Shown here one piece after another: positions 30,391-40,925 of a stretch of DNA of 64,000 nucleotides. Positions within the stretch are counted from its first letter, which is position 1, and each line of letters begins with the position of its first letter. The position numbers and the translations under genes are program-made. The stretch is from Candidatus Margulisiibacteriota bacterium (GTDB taxonomy: Bacteria; Margulisbacteria; Marinamargulisbacteria; JBFWNS01), in assembly GCA_050250935.1 (NCBI GenBank), contig JBFWNS010000005.1, forward strand, positions 43,523-107,522, read 5' to 3'. Below the pieces are notes generated by a model, which saw nothing but the letters and a program-made list of their open reading frames with translations, did not search any database and was not told where the DNA came from.

Positions 30391-32344
30391 TTTCGTTTTC
30401 GGTTAACCAAAGTTGAAACATTAAAACGGTCCATAAACAATAGGCCCAATTGTGTTTGCCGGATAAATGGTCCTGCCATTTTTGTTGAATCAAATCGGTG
30501 TTTAAATACCCTTGTCTTTTTAAGATCGCAGGGTCCAGTATGCTGTTGGCCCACTCTTTTAATGGGCCTCTAAGCCAGTTGCCCAAAGGAATGCTGAACC
30601 CCATTTTGGGGCGTTCAATCAGGTGTTTAGGCACATGTTGATACAGAATTTCTCGCAAGAGCCATTTGCTTTGGCCGTCTTTGTATTTCATGGATAAAGG
30701 CAGGCTTTGGGCGAATTCGATAATGGTATGGTCTAGAAAAGGGGCTCGGCTTTCCAAAGAAACGGCCATGGCGGCTCGGTCTACTTTCACCATAATATCG
30801 TCGGGCAGATAGGTCAGGGTGTCGACACACATGAGTTTGGAAATGGGGTCCAAATCTGGGAAACATTCAACGAGATCGTGAATTCTGTCCGGAGGCGGTG
30901 TAGAAGCGTCTAGGCCCAGAACCGTGGTTTCGTTGGCAGACCACTGCCGAATCAGTTGTTGGTAAACGCCCTCTATCGATCTGCTGTTTAAAATTTGAGC
31001 TCCTTTGTGCAATTTGTGGCCAGGAGACGACATTTGTAGCGAACCGGGTAAAAAGGGTGTTAATAGTTTCAGGGTGGTATCAAAGACCTGTGGTGGGATG
31101 CCCAAGATCATCGATTTGCTTAAAGACCGAATGGGCATCGGAATCCGGCTGATGCTTTTCCAGAAGTTTTTGGTAAAGGTGTATCGGTTGTACCCGCAAA
31201 AAATCTCGTCGCCCCCATCGCCAGACAGGGAAATGGTCACGTGTTTTTTGGCCAGTTCGGCAACCAAAAAAGTGGGGATTTGCGAGGAATCTGCAAAGGG
31301 TTCGTCGTAAATGCTGCTTAATCGGGGGATAACCGAATAGGCCTGTTCGGGCGATACGATCAATTCGGTATGGTCTGTGCCCAAATGCTTGGCCACAGAT
31401 TTTGCAAAAGGTGCTTCGTTGAATGCGGCTTCTGAAAAACCAATGGAGAATGTTTTGATGGGCGAGGTTGACTGTTTTTGCGCCAAGGCAACAATCAGCG
31501 ACGAGTCCACACCGCCAGACAGAAACGCCCCTGCTGGAACATCGGCTATTAATTGATTGGCAATGGTGGTCGACAGTTTTGCTTCTAGTTCGCTTACGGC
31601 GTCTTGAGGGGATCCTTGAAATGGTTTTTTTTGTGCGGCGTTAACGGTTTCTTGTAAAGACCAATAGGGCACAATGGTTTCAGCTGTCTGGGATTTAGAG
31701 AGGGTTAACAAGTTCCCAGGAAGCAATTTAAACATATCAGCATAAATGGCATAGGGCGCTGGTACATAGCCATATTGCATAAACCAAGACAGGGCCTCTC
31801 GATTAATGGGGTTGGCAAAATGCGGATGGCGTCGAATGGCTTTGAGTTCGGAAGCAAATACAAAAGATCGGTTTTGGCCACTTCCCACCCAACCGTAATA
31901 CAAGGGTTTTTCGCCAATACGGTCTCGGCCCAAGGTTAGGGTTTGGGTTTGCTTGTCCCAGAGGGCAAAGGCAAACATGCCGGTACAGCGCTGTAGGGTG
32001 GCTTCGAGACCCCAGGTTTCGATGCCAGCGAGCAAAACTTCTGTGTCTGAATGGCCTTTCCAAGGGCCAGACAGGTCTTTTCTTAGGGAAAGGTAGTTGT
32101 ATATTTCGCCATTAAACGCGATGACAAATCGGCCACTGGCACTGTGCATGGGCTGGTGACCGGCTTCACTTAAATCCACAATCGACAATCGCCGATGACC
32201 CAATCCCATCTGGGACGAAGGATCAAACCAAGTTCCGTGGCTATCGGGTCCCCGATGCGCGATGCTGTTGGCCATTTGTTCCAAGAGTTGCTTGGCCTGT
32301 TCAGGGTCTCTATCTCCACCTAAAAAGCCGAGGATGCCGCACAT
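30377..32344 (-). CDS. asnB: AsnB-family glutamine amidotransferase (WbpS-like, probable sugar amidation)
   Basis: MCGI N-terminus, HRGPD, FNGEIYN, LSGGVDSS and SGDGGDE. Confidence 0.92.
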   Translation of the reverse strand: MCGILGFLGGDRDPEQAKQLLEQMANSIAHRGPDSHGTWFDPSSQMGLGHRRLSIVDLSEAGHQPMHSASGRFVIAFNGEIYNYLSLRKDLSGPWKGHSDTEVLLAGIETWGLEATLQRCTGMFAFALWDKQTQTLTLGRDRIGEKPLYYGWVGSGQNRSFVFASELKAIRRHPHFANPINREALSWFMQYGYVPAPYAIYADMFKLLPGNLLTLSKSQTAETIVPYWSLQETVNAAQKKPFQGSPQDAVSELEAKLSTTIANQLIADVPAGAFLSGGVDSSLIVALAQKQSTSPIKTFSIGFSEAAFNEAPFAKSVAKHLGTDHTELIVSPEQAYSVIPRLSSIYDEPFADSSQIPTFLVAELAKKHVTISLSGDGGDEIFCGYNRYTFTKNFWKSISRIPMPIRSLSKSMILGIPPQVFDTTLKLLTPFLPGSLQMSSPGHKLHKGAQILNSRSIEGVYQQLIRQWSANETTVLGLDASTPPPDRIHDLVECFPDLDPISKLMCVDTLTYLPDDIMVKVDRAAMAVSLESRAPFLDHTIIEFAQSLPLSMKYKDGQSKWLLREILYQHVPKHLIERPKMGFSIPLGNWLRGPLKEWANSILDPAILKRQGYLNTDLIQQKWQDHLSGKHNWAYCLWTVLMFQLWLTENENVRV

Positions 32345-32346
32345 GC

Positions 32347-33540
32347 CTAGGCCCCCTTCCTGCTATTGGCGTTGGCGAGTTCTCGGTACAAGTCGTGGTA
32401 TTTTTTGGCAATGATAGCCAGAGAAAAGTGATTGGCTATCCGTTGTTTGCCGCGTTGGCCAATGCTTAAACGTTCTTCTGGGGATTTTTGGCACATGGCC
32501 AAGAGTGCTTCCCCCAAGGCTTGGGAATTTTGTGGTGGAACAACGGTGCCTGTGTCGCCGATGATTTCTTGGGTGTCCCCAGCTTTTGTGACCACGCAGG
32601 GGCGTTCCGTAATCATGGCTTCGCAAACCACATTCGGGAACCCTTCTGAAATGGAAGAAAAACAAAAGACATCCATTGCCGATAAAAAATCCGTTACATT
32701 CGGCTGTTCGTCCACCAAATGGACCACGGCGCCAAGGCCTTGTTCTTGGATCCAGCTCATTAAGCGGGTGTTGTTTGTATTCAGATTCCGACCTACCAAA
32801 AGAACGTGCAATTGGGGCAGATTCCGATAGACATAGCCGCAAGCGGTAATAAAGTTTTTGTAGTCTTTAACCGGATTAAATCGGCCAACGCCCCCAATAA
32901 CCAATGCCGTTTTGGGGATACCCAGAGAGGTTCGGATGGCTTCTCTGGCGTTTGGATCGGGTTGAAGTTGGTCGATATCGTACCCATTGGGAATCACCAC
33001 CATCGGCTGAGGCGAGTACCCAAAAGCGGTATGCGAAGCCGCTGCTGCATGGGCACAACAGATGATGGTTTGGGGAACCCATTTCGACAGAAATGCATTT
33101 AGGTGTGCGATGAATTTGGTCATGGGGGCTTGTTCGGTCACGTTGGTGCACCGGATGTTCCAAACGATGTTGCGCATGCCAGTCAATTTTGCGGCCAACC
33201 CACCCAAACAATTGCCATGGTACATCCAGGTTTGAACAACAGTGGGCTTTAAGTGCCGAATATGACGATAAAGCTGAACCAAAATTCTAGGCGTGTCTAA
33301 AAACGATTTTGTGTGTAGCGCGGTTACTGGGATCCCCATATTTTGAAGTTCTTTTCCAATGGCCGTATCGCCTTTGGTTAGGGAAACAACGCTGTGAGAA
33401 AACTCTGGGTGGTTTTGATAGGCTAGAATGACCCGCTTTAACATGGTTTCGGCGCCGCCTACTTGCAATCCAATAATAATATGCAGAACAGAAATGGGGG
33501 CTGAAGTTCCACCGGTTGTTTGGTTTGAAGAAGGGGTCAT
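32347..33540 (-). CDS. GT4 glycosyltransferase
   Basis: GGAETML, QTWMYH and EGFPNVVCEAM. Confidence 0.92.
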   Translation of the reverse strand: MTPSSNQTTGGTSAPISVLHIIIGLQVGGAETMLKRVILAYQNHPEFSHSVVSLTKGDTAIGKELQNMGIPVTALHTKSFLDTPRILVQLYRHIRHLKPTVVQTWMYHGNCLGGLAAKLTGMRNIVWNIRCTNVTEQAPMTKFIAHLNAFLSKWVPQTIICCAHAAAASHTAFGYSPQPMVVIPNGYDIDQLQPDPNAREAIRTSLGIPKTALVIGGVGRFNPVKDYKNFITACGYVYRNLPQLHVLLVGRNLNTNNTRLMSWIQEQGLGAVVHLVDEQPNVTDFLSAMDVFCFSSISEGFPNVVCEAMITERPCVVTKAGDTQEIIGDTGTVVPPQNSQALGEALLAMCQKSPEERLSIGQRGKQRIANHFSLAIIAKKYHDLYRELANANSRKGA

Positions 33541-33672
33541 GGTTTGTCATTCTATCGTATTCGTTCAAAAAATGAACAGTTTGAATGTGTTTGGTGATGA
33601 TTGAAGTTGAAAAAAACAAGGATAAACTTTATTCTGGCCTTAAAATCAACCATCGTGGACGAGGGGAATTCA

Positions 33673-34329
33673 GTGACGCAAGAGCTTTGGTGGCTTGACG
33701 ATGTTAAGGCTATTTTTCGGAAATGGTATATTTTGGTCCTATTCACTTTAATCGGGCTTGGGGTTGCCTTTCTTTATAACAAATCGGTGCCTTTTTTGTA
33801 TCTATCCCGGGCTACTTTGATTGTTCAGGGGTCTTCTCAATCGTCGTCTTTTAGTGGGTATGCCCGGTTGTTTGATGTGTCGTTACCCTCTGATATTACG
33901 GATACCACCAGTCGCTTGCTCAATAGCAGCCGTCTTAGCAACCGCGTTGTAAAGCTTGTGGCGCAAAAAAATAACCTCGAGGTTGCTGAACTTGAAAAGC
34001 AGATTCGGCAAGGCTCGATTGTGATTGGCCAAGACAAGAACTTTTTTACGCTTCTGGTGACACTGCCTTCTCCACAATTGGCTCAGCAGATGGCCCAGAC
34101 TTATTTGTTGGCCTTGAATCAGTTAAATGTAGAGCTGGAATTAACCTCTCAAAAACAATTTTTTATTGTGATTGATGAACCTAGTTTGGGACTTGATCCG
34201 GTTTCTCCAAACAAACGCTTAAATTTGATTTTGGGTGGTGTGATTGGGCTGCTGATGGGTGTTCTGTTGGCCCTATTTGTGAACTGGATTCAACGGCTTA
34301 AAGCAACCCCCGAAGAAGGACTATCGTAA
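33673..34329 (+). CDS. short Wzz-like chain-length determinant
   Basis: GTG start after GAGGGG. N-terminal TM helix, Y.S.ATL and a C-terminal PVSPNKRLNLILGGVIGL TM helix. Confidence 0.8.
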   Translation: MTQELWWLDDVKAIFRKWYILVLFTLIGLGVAFLYNKSVPFLYLSRATLIVQGSSQSSSFSGYARLFDVSLPSDITDTTSRLLNSSRLSNRVVKLVAQKNNLEVAELEKQIRQGSIVIGQDKNFFTLLVTLPSPQLAQQMAQTYLLALNQLNVELELTSQKQFFIVIDEPSLGLDPVSPNKRLNLILGGVIGLLMGVLLALFVNWIQRLKATPEEGLS

Positions 34330-35279
34330 TGGCTAAGTATTTGATTACGGGTGCCGCAGGTTTTATTGGTTCAAATTTGGTGTCGCATTTGTTGGATGCG
34401 GGGCAGACTGTGGTTGCATTGGATAATTTTTCGGGTGGTTTTCGGGAAAACTTGGCTTTTGTAGAACAGCACCCCAATGCCCATTTGTTTCGTTTAATCG
34501 ATGGGGATATTCGGGATTTCAAGACCTGCCAAGAGGCCTGTGATGGGGCAACTTATGTGTTGCACCAAGGGGCTTTGGGTTCGGTTCCCCGTTCGATGAC
34601 GGATCCAGCGCTGTATCATGAAAACAACATTACCGGGACCTTGAATATGTTGATGGCGGCCAAGGAAGCGGGTGTTAAACGGTTTGTATTTGCTTCCTCT
34701 TCGTCGGTTTATGGCGATACTCCGACTTTGCCTAAAGAGGAAACCATGTTCCCCAATCCAAAGTCGCCCTATGCGGTTACCAAACTCACTGGCGAATACT
34801 ATTGCAAGATTTTCTGGACGGCCTATGGGTTGCCAACGGTGATGTTGCGCTATTTTAATATTTTTGGACCTCGTCAGAACCCCAATTCCCAATATTCAGC
34901 GGTTATTCCCAAATTTATTACGGCTTGTATAAAACAAGAATCCCCGATTATTTTTGGCAATGGCGAACAAACCCGAGACTTTACCTTTGTTGAAAATGTC
35001 ATTCAAGCCAATCTTCGTGCTTGCGAAGCCCCCCAAGAAGCGTTTGGGCAACCCATTAATATTGGCTGTGGGTCTCGGATTTCTTTGAATCATCTGGCCA
35101 AGAACATTCAAGCTATTTTGAAGTGCGATCACCTGCCCATCGAATATCAAGCGCCTCGGATAGGCGATGTTCAAGATAGTTTGGCGGCTACAGAACGGAT
35201 GAAAAATTGGTTGGGCCTAACAACGCCAATTTCCCTTGAAGAAGGGCTTTATAAAACCACGACTTTTTATACGTGTTGA
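34329..35279 (+). CDS. UDP-GlcNAc(A) 4-epimerase (WbpP/TviC-like)
   Basis: GAAGFIG, HQGALGSVPRS, SPYAVTK and LRYFNIFGPRQNPNSQYSAVIP. Confidence 0.9.
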   Translation: MAKYLITGAAGFIGSNLVSHLLDAGQTVVALDNFSGGFRENLAFVEQHPNAHLFRLIDGDIRDFKTCQEACDGATYVLHQGALGSVPRSMTDPALYHENNITGTLNMLMAAKEAGVKRFVFASSSSVYGDTPTLPKEETMFPNPKSPYAVTKLTGEYYCKIFWTAYGLPTVMLRYFNIFGPRQNPNSQYSAVIPKFITACIKQESPIIFGNGEQTRDFTFVENVIQANLRACEAPQEAFGQPINIGCGSRISLNHLAKNIQAILKCDHLPIEYQAPRIGDVQDSLAATERMKNWLGLTTPISLEEGLYKTTTFYTC

Positions 35280-36391
35280 ACCGATTTCCCAAAGAATCTG
35301 GACCAATAGGATTCTAGTCTAATTTTTAGAATATCCAGCATGGAGATGACGGGGTACTGTACAAGGGGCACTTTGGCACAAATATCGGCTAGTTTTTTGG
35401 CCACAGTGCTGCCCAAATAGGGTGTCGATGCGGCCTTGCAAGCCAACCCCAAGTTGATTTTTTTGTCGTCTGATAAGGCACAAAAACGACGAACTTCGGT
35501 TTCAAGATCGAGGGGCAATGCGCCTTCTGTTGGGTCTCCGAACATGGGTGTTTTTTCATGATCAAATGCCGAGAAAAACCCATAGGTTTTGGGGCCTTCT
35601 TCAGATTGAATGGCAATGAGAGCGGGTAAACCCATCATAGCGGCGTGGCACAGCGCAAACCCCATTCCAAAAAACAGGTCATGGTTGGCGACTGTTTTGG
35701 CAAATTCAGCTGGCGGTAACGCGTTGTGCAAATGTATGCGCTCGGGGTAGCGAAGTTTGGCAATGGCGTTTTCGAGGGTTGGTTTGGAAGGGCCTTCACC
35801 GTGGATGTGGTAATGGCTTTCTAGACCTTCTGTATTCAGTTGATCAATAACAGTCATCATATGGAGGATGCTGTAGAGTTTAAAATCGACGTAGCGCCCT
35901 ACGGTGATGACGCTTAATGCTGTTTTGGATGGACGTTTTAGGGCTTGGTTAGCCCCATTAAATCGGGATGCTCCAAAGGAAAATAGGGGGTTTCCGGGAA
36001 TCGGATAGCGCTGCATGCAGCTGGCATAGGCTGTTTGGGAATTGTAGACAATGGCAGAGGCCGGCGTGTGGGCTAGGATGTTTTGAAAAATAGAGGCTCT
36101 GGTTTTGGAATAGTGCTGATTCAGCATGACCTCCCACTGTTGGGGATGGTAAACCCCCATCAGAACGGGGATATTTTTCTTGAGTCGCTGTAAGACCCAG
36201 ATGCCGATTAAGGCATCGGTGCTGGATAGGCAAAAAAGATGGGTAATCGCAGACGGTTTGGAACGCAGTAGCTGGATAAGGTCGCGGGTGGTTTCGGCCA
36301 CCACAAACCGAGGGTCCAGTTCGGGCAAAGATCGCCTGATTTCGTGAATTCCGTTTAATTCTTGGCTGCGAGAAAAAACCGCAATTTTCAT
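35267..36391 (-). CDS. divergent GT-B glycosyltransferase
   Basis: ITVGRYVDFK, IHGEGP and GMGFALCHAAMMGLP resemble a GT4 C-terminal domain. Confidence 0.65.
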   Translation of the reverse strand: MKIAVFSRSQELNGIHEIRRSLPELDPRFVVAETTRDLIQLLRSKPSAITHLFCLSSTDALIGIWVLQRLKKNIPVLMGVYHPQQWEVMLNQHYSKTRASIFQNILAHTPASAIVYNSQTAYASCMQRYPIPGNPLFSFGASRFNGANQALKRPSKTALSVITVGRYVDFKLYSILHMMTVIDQLNTEGLESHYHIHGEGPSKPTLENAIAKLRYPERIHLHNALPPAEFAKTVANHDLFFGMGFALCHAAMMGLPALIAIQSEEGPKTYGFFSAFDHEKTPMFGDPTEGALPLDLETEVRRFCALSDDKKINLGLACKAASTPYLGSTVAKKLADICAKVPLVQYPVISMLDILKIRLESYWSRFFGKSVQHV

Positions 36392-37635
36392 GAGGGGGTC
36401 TCGATGGCAAAGAGGGTGTTAAGCACAGGGGTGACGGTTAAATAGTGCTCGGCGAATGTTTTAGAATCGTTTGAAATACGCTCAAAAAACGAAAGATCTT
36501 CGAGTTTGACCAACCACTCGTAAACCGCTTCTGGGGTTTTGGCTTGGCAAACGGGATGGTCTTCTGGCCATATTTTTGTGCTTAAAGCCCTTTCAATGTT
36601 GGCGATTAAAGGTTTCCCTAGCCAAAGGGCATAGCCCCCAATGGCGCCCATCCAATGCTCTCCCAATTGGTCAAAGCAAATATCCGATTGATTATAGAGG
36701 GCCAATAGCGATTTAAACGGCATAATGGGGTACCAGACCACGACTTTGTCTAGACCCAGTTGTGCACAGAGTTCTTTGGCATAGGGAACATCGCCACCTT
36801 TTTCGACAAAATGAATGCGAATGTTGGGGTTTCGTTTGTGATACAGTGCCAATCCTTGAATGATATGATCGTTGCCCAGGCTGCAGCCGGAATCCCCATA
36901 GGCAAAGGTTCCAAATAAAAACCGAACCCCCGAAAAAATCTCCAGCGGTTTTTGGGGGGGTCTAAAGGCTCTGGGTTCGTTTTTTAAGGGTTCAAACGAG
37001 ATGTCGTAACGGGGAATATGAGGGACGCCTTCTGCTTTTAGTTTTTCTAGAAGAACATCGGCAATGGGGTTAAACCCTTTTGGAAAATAAATGACAGCCT
37101 TGCTTTGTTTAAAGCCCGCGTATTGATTGTGAACAATACGGGTAATAAGGCATTTTGAAATCCATTTGGGCAAATATTTAAAAAAAGAGAGGTGTGTTGA
37201 TCGTTGAACAATGTCCGCTACATTTTCGCAGTCTGCCCAACCATCCAAATCGGAGCCATGGGACAGCGCAAAGCAAGGTCCGCTTTTTAAGTAGGGGGCC
37301 AGGGATGTAAAAAAACCATTTAAAATATACACAGTCGGTTTTTGCCCTGCTTTTTTGTGCAAACGCCACTCAAAAAAACGAGCGAAGAATTTGGGGAAAA
37401 GGGCTAAAAAAAGTTGTGTGGGGAGCCACGTTTCAACAATCCAGTCAGGGTAGGGGTATTGGACCTCTGGAAAATGGTGCTCTGGCCGAGATAGCCAATC
37501 CCGTTTCGGGGCATCGACATGGTAGAGCACCCGAATCCCTTGCTGTTTTAGGTGTTGTGCATAGGCCATGGGCATGGCATTCATGGACCCTAAAAAAGCA
37601 ACAAGACTGGTCGAGTTTAGGGATAGTGGTTTCAT
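36388..37635 (-). CDS. putative GT-B glycosyltransferase
   Basis: HGSDL and SDICFDQLG...GAIGGYALWLGKPLI. Lies between wzx and another GT. Confidence 0.6.
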   Translation of the reverse strand: MKPLSLNSTSLVAFLGSMNAMPMAYAQHLKQQGIRVLYHVDAPKRDWLSRPEHHFPEVQYPYPDWIVETWLPTQLFLALFPKFFARFFEWRLHKKAGQKPTVYILNGFFTSLAPYLKSGPCFALSHGSDLDGWADCENVADIVQRSTHLSFFKYLPKWISKCLITRIVHNQYAGFKQSKAVIYFPKGFNPIADVLLEKLKAEGVPHIPRYDISFEPLKNEPRAFRPPQKPLEIFSGVRFLFGTFAYGDSGCSLGNDHIIQGLALYHKRNPNIRIHFVEKGGDVPYAKELCAQLGLDKVVVWYPIMPFKSLLALYNQSDICFDQLGEHWMGAIGGYALWLGKPLIANIERALSTKIWPEDHPVCQAKTPEAVYEWLVKLEDLSFFERISNDSKTFAEHYLTVTPVLNTLFAIETPS

Positions 37636-39155
37636 GCGGATAGCCGGTTTATCAGTTGGGTTTTTAACGACAGTAAGGTTGTTCTAAAAAAAGAAGATCC
37701 CATAGCGGTTATGCCGATCACCGTCATTGTGATGAGCCCCAGAAATCCGACAACCCAAAAACGGTTGGCCGGTAAGTGAATAAAGTGAGCAATCACCCAG
37801 GTAGAAAGTCCTGATAACACGACAAGGGGCAAAATGTCCGAAAAAAGCCATTTCCAATGAAGGTCTTTAAAAAACCGGTTGTGCACCAGCGGGGTCCAAA
37901 ACAATAAGTAGGCCAAGGTCACGCAAAGCCAGGTAGCCCCAGCACCCATAACCCCAAAGTGTAAGGTGCTCCAAATGAAGGCTGGAATCAATACGGTAAT
38001 CAGTAGCCCACTTCCCAGAATGTGAAGTTTAATATCCCCTTTGGCAAATTGCAGATAAAAGGGGAAGGCAATCAGGGCAAATAGGCCGTTGCCAAGGGCA
38101 TACAGGGTTAAGGTGATGGCTGCGTTTTGGGCGACCAGTGCATTGTTGGTCCAGGCCAATAAAATTGGATGGGCAAAGAAGGCCAAGATCCAGGCCAAGG
38201 GCAAAGCAATCACGCCAACGAATTGTGTGGTGTTTCGGTACAGTCGAATAAACTGGGTGTGGTCTTTCTGGGCATTTAGGTTGGTTAATCTTGGAATAAT
38301 GGGGGCGCTAATGGGGCTGGTTGCCAGTAAAACACCGCTGGCGCAGATGACGCCCAATGTAAAATAGGCGTAATCAGACAGCGAAAGTAATTTGGATAAA
38401 ATGAGTTTGTCGGTTTGCAAAATAAAGGTGTTGATCCCCGAGGTAAAGGCAATCCCCAAAGAAAAGCCTAAAATTGGTTTTAGGGTTTCCAACTTCCAAT
38501 TGGGCTTTTCGGGTAAAGCTGGCATTAAACGGTAGGCATACAGGGATAAAACCGTTAACTCTAAAACAGCCACAATCAGCTGATAGGCAAAAAAAGTTGA
38601 AGGGGCTGCACTGATCCAGATTAAAACCGGTAAAACCAAAATAAACCGTGCGGTTGTGGTGGCAAAATTAAAGCTGCTTAGCCATCCGAATTGTTCAAAG
38701 CCCGTCACCACACTGCGATAGAGACAGGCCACCCACCGTAGCGTAATAATCAGTGAAATTAAGATCATCGACAGTTTAATTTCGTGGACCGAGAGGGTTT
38801 GGACCTTAAGCCAATGTTGGCTGAGGTAGTTTGAACTTAAGATCATCACAACAGCGCCGATACCGGCAGTGCCCAAAAAGAAGTAGGTGAGAACCCGTAG
38901 CAGATGCCACAGGTGATCCGACTTTACGTCCCCGCCGTTGTACCGAGCGGTTTCTCTGGCCATGGTTGGCGAAAGGCCGACATCAAGCAGTTGAAACCAG
39001 GCTTGTAACATGCCAAAAAAGCCAATTAATCCATAGGCTTCTATCCCCATATAGTTGACATAGAGGGGCATAATCACAATGCCGATGAGGGAAATATAAA
39101 ATTGGCTTATCGAAGTAACAAGAACATTAAAGCGAAAAGAGACTGGTTTTTTCAT
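37632..39155 (-). CDS. wzx: Wzx oligosaccharide flippase
   Basis: 12-14 TM helices, EAYGLIGFF...LDVGL and QTDKLILSKLLSL. Confidence 0.88.
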   Translation of the reverse strand: MKKPVSFRFNVLVTSISQFYISLIGIVIMPLYVNYMGIEAYGLIGFFGMLQAWFQLLDVGLSPTMARETARYNGGDVKSDHLWHLLRVLTYFFLGTAGIGAVVMILSSNYLSQHWLKVQTLSVHEIKLSMILISLIITLRWVACLYRSVVTGFEQFGWLSSFNFATTTARFILVLPVLIWISAAPSTFFAYQLIVAVLELTVLSLYAYRLMPALPEKPNWKLETLKPILGFSLGIAFTSGINTFILQTDKLILSKLLSLSDYAYFTLGVICASGVLLATSPISAPIIPRLTNLNAQKDHTQFIRLYRNTTQFVGVIALPLAWILAFFAHPILLAWTNNALVAQNAAITLTLYALGNGLFALIAFPFYLQFAKGDIKLHILGSGLLITVLIPAFIWSTLHFGVMGAGATWLCVTLAYLLFWTPLVHNRFFKDLHWKWLFSDILPLVVLSGLSTWVIAHFIHLPANRFWVVGFLGLITMTVIGITAMGSSFFRTTLLSLKTQLINRLSA

Positions 39156-39723
39156 GGTGTGGAAGCGAGTCTAAAAACTGCTGTTCAAGGTCTAAAAGGG
39201 TTTGTTCTCTGTGTCCGACGGGTCGGGCTGGAGAACCGAGGTAGCTCACAAATTCTTTGCAATTTTGGGTGACTAAACTTAAGGCGCCTACCGAGGCTCC
39301 TGTTTTTAGGGTAACCCCAGGTAATACCACGGTTCCAGAGCCCAATATAACATGTTTTTCTAAAACAACGGGGGCATGATTTACTTGGGTAAACGTGGTG
39401 GGAACCATGGGGTTGGTCATGGCTTTGCCAGAATAGTCATCGCTGCTGCTGTAAATGGCTACTTTCGAGGAAATGCTAACAAAATTGCCCAAGGTAATGG
39501 GTGCTGCCCCAATCAAAGAGGTGTACACCGCGATATGAACATAATGCCCAATGTCGATGCCGCCTTGTCCTGCGGATAAAACACAAAAATCGTCGATGCG
39601 AACATGGCTGCCGATGCGAATATTTTGGGTTCCATAATACGAGGCTTTGTCGGATAGCCAAACAGGATTGCCCACCGAAGCAAACCCCATGTTTTGTATC
39701 TGGTCTTGTGTAAGCCAGCCCAT
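39127..39723 (-). CDS. hexapeptide-repeat acyltransferase (VioB-like)
   Basis: IRIGSHVRIDDFC and SSSDDYSG...TNP with left-handed beta-helix repeats. Follows the VioA-like gene. Confidence 0.85.
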   Translation of the reverse strand: MGWLTQDQIQNMGFASVGNPVWLSDKASYYGTQNIRIGSHVRIDDFCVLSAGQGGIDIGHYVHIAVYTSLIGAAPITLGNFVSISSKVAIYSSSDDYSGKAMTNPMVPTTFTQVNHAPVVLEKHVILGSGTVVLPGVTLKTGASVGALSLVTQNCKEFVSYLGSPARPVGHREQTLLDLEQQFLDSLPHHEKTSLFSL

Positions 39724-39725
39724 GG

Positions 39726-40925
39726 TTAGTGGGGGTTCCTAATATAGGCTGCAATTTGGGTGCAGTCTTCTGGCGACAGCTCTGAAAACAGGGGTAAACA
39801 CAGCACTTTTTCTGCGGTTTCGGTAGCAATAGGGAGGTTTTTGTGGTTGGCAGAGGGCAGGTGTTGGTACATCGAAAAGGTCGAGATTAAGGGGTAAAAA
39901 TAGCGTCGGCTATGAATCTCGTTTTGTTTAAGGAAGGTATAGAGGTCGTCTCGGCTGAGTGGGAAAGGATCGTGGACCAGAATGGGAAAGTAGGCATAAT
40001 TGTGCGTGTAGTGGTCTGCGCTTGGCATGAGGGTGATGCCCGGAATACCTTGGAGGAGGTGTCGGTATAGGCTATCGATGGCTTTGCGTTTGGCAATATG
40101 TTCGTTTACGTGGCGAAGTTGAAGCAGACCCATTGCCGCATTCAGTTCGCACATTTTGCCGTTTATCCCGGGTTGGGAGACCGTGACTTCGTCGACGATT
40201 CCAAAGTTTTTAAGTCGATCAATATGCAGTTTGGTTTTGGCATCTGGGCACACAATGGCCCCACCTTCGAAGGTGTTGAAGACTTTGGTTGCATGGAAGC
40301 TTAATACAGACAGATCGCCGTGGTTTAAAATACTTTGCCCGTTTTCTTGAACCCCAAATGCATGGGCAGCATCATAGATCACTTTCAGGTTATGGCGCTT
40401 GGCAACGCGGTCTATGGCTTCGGTATTGCAGGGGGTTCCATAACAGTGTACCGCTAAAATGGCTGTGGTTTTGGGGGTGATGGCCGCTTCAATTCGAGCT
40501 GGATCGATGTTTAAGGTGTTCGGATCGATGTCTACAAAAACAGGGGTAATGGTGTTCCAAATTAAGGAATGGGCGGTTGCAATAAACGAATAGGGGGTGG
40601 TAATGACTTCGCCTTGAATATCCAAGGCTTGCAGGGCTGTTACCAAAGCAATCGTGCCATTGGTAAACAAAGAAATGTGTTGAACCCCCAAGTGGGTGCA
40701 CAAGGCCTCTTCCAGTTGCTGATGAAAAGGCCCGCCATTGGTTAAAATTTTGCTGGCCCAAATGGACTCTAGATAGGGAATAAATTCCTCTAGAGGGGGT
40801 AGGCTGGGTTGGGTGACATATAGGGGAGGATTTTTGGGAAGAGGGTTTGGTTCCACGCTTTGATCAAACACCAAATTGACCATTTTTTCAACGTTACTAT
40901 TTTTCTTAGGTGTACTTAACGGCAC
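39726..40925 (-). CDS. dTDP-4-amino-4,6-dideoxyglucose transaminase (VioA-like); start uncertain
   Basis: YVTQPSLP, LTNGGP, YDAAHAFG, SFHATKVFNTFEGG, GINGKM and RRYFYP. Confidence 0.88.
   Translation of the reverse strand: MPLSTPKKNSNVEKMVNLVFDQSVEPNPLPKNPPLYVTQPSLPPLEEFIPYLESIWASKILTNGGPFHQQLEEALCTHLGVQHISLFTNGTIALVTALQALDIQGEVITTPYSFIATAHSLIWNTITPVFVDIDPNTLNIDPARIEAAITPKTTAILAVHCYGTPCNTEAIDRVAKRHNLKVIYDAAHAFGVQENGQSILNHGDLSVLSFHATKVFNTFEGGAIVCPDAKTKLHIDRLKNFGIVDEVTVSQPGINGKMCELNAAMGLLQLRHVNEHIAKRKAIDSLYRHLLQGIPGITLMPSADHYTHNYAYFPILVHDPFPLSRDDLYTFLKQNEIHSRRYFYPLISTFSMYQHLPSANHKNLPIATETAEKVLCLPLFSELSPEDCTQIAAYIRNPH

Noticed and set aside
33541..35279. Plus-strand islands as recombinase-invertible segments
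   Set aside because: No flanking inverted repeats or recombinase were seen, and overlapping convergent stops suggest a fixed arrangement.
36954..36960. G7 tract in a glycosyltransferase as a phase-variation site
   Set aside because: It is short, in frame and mid-domain, and 6-7 nt runs are frequent in this window.
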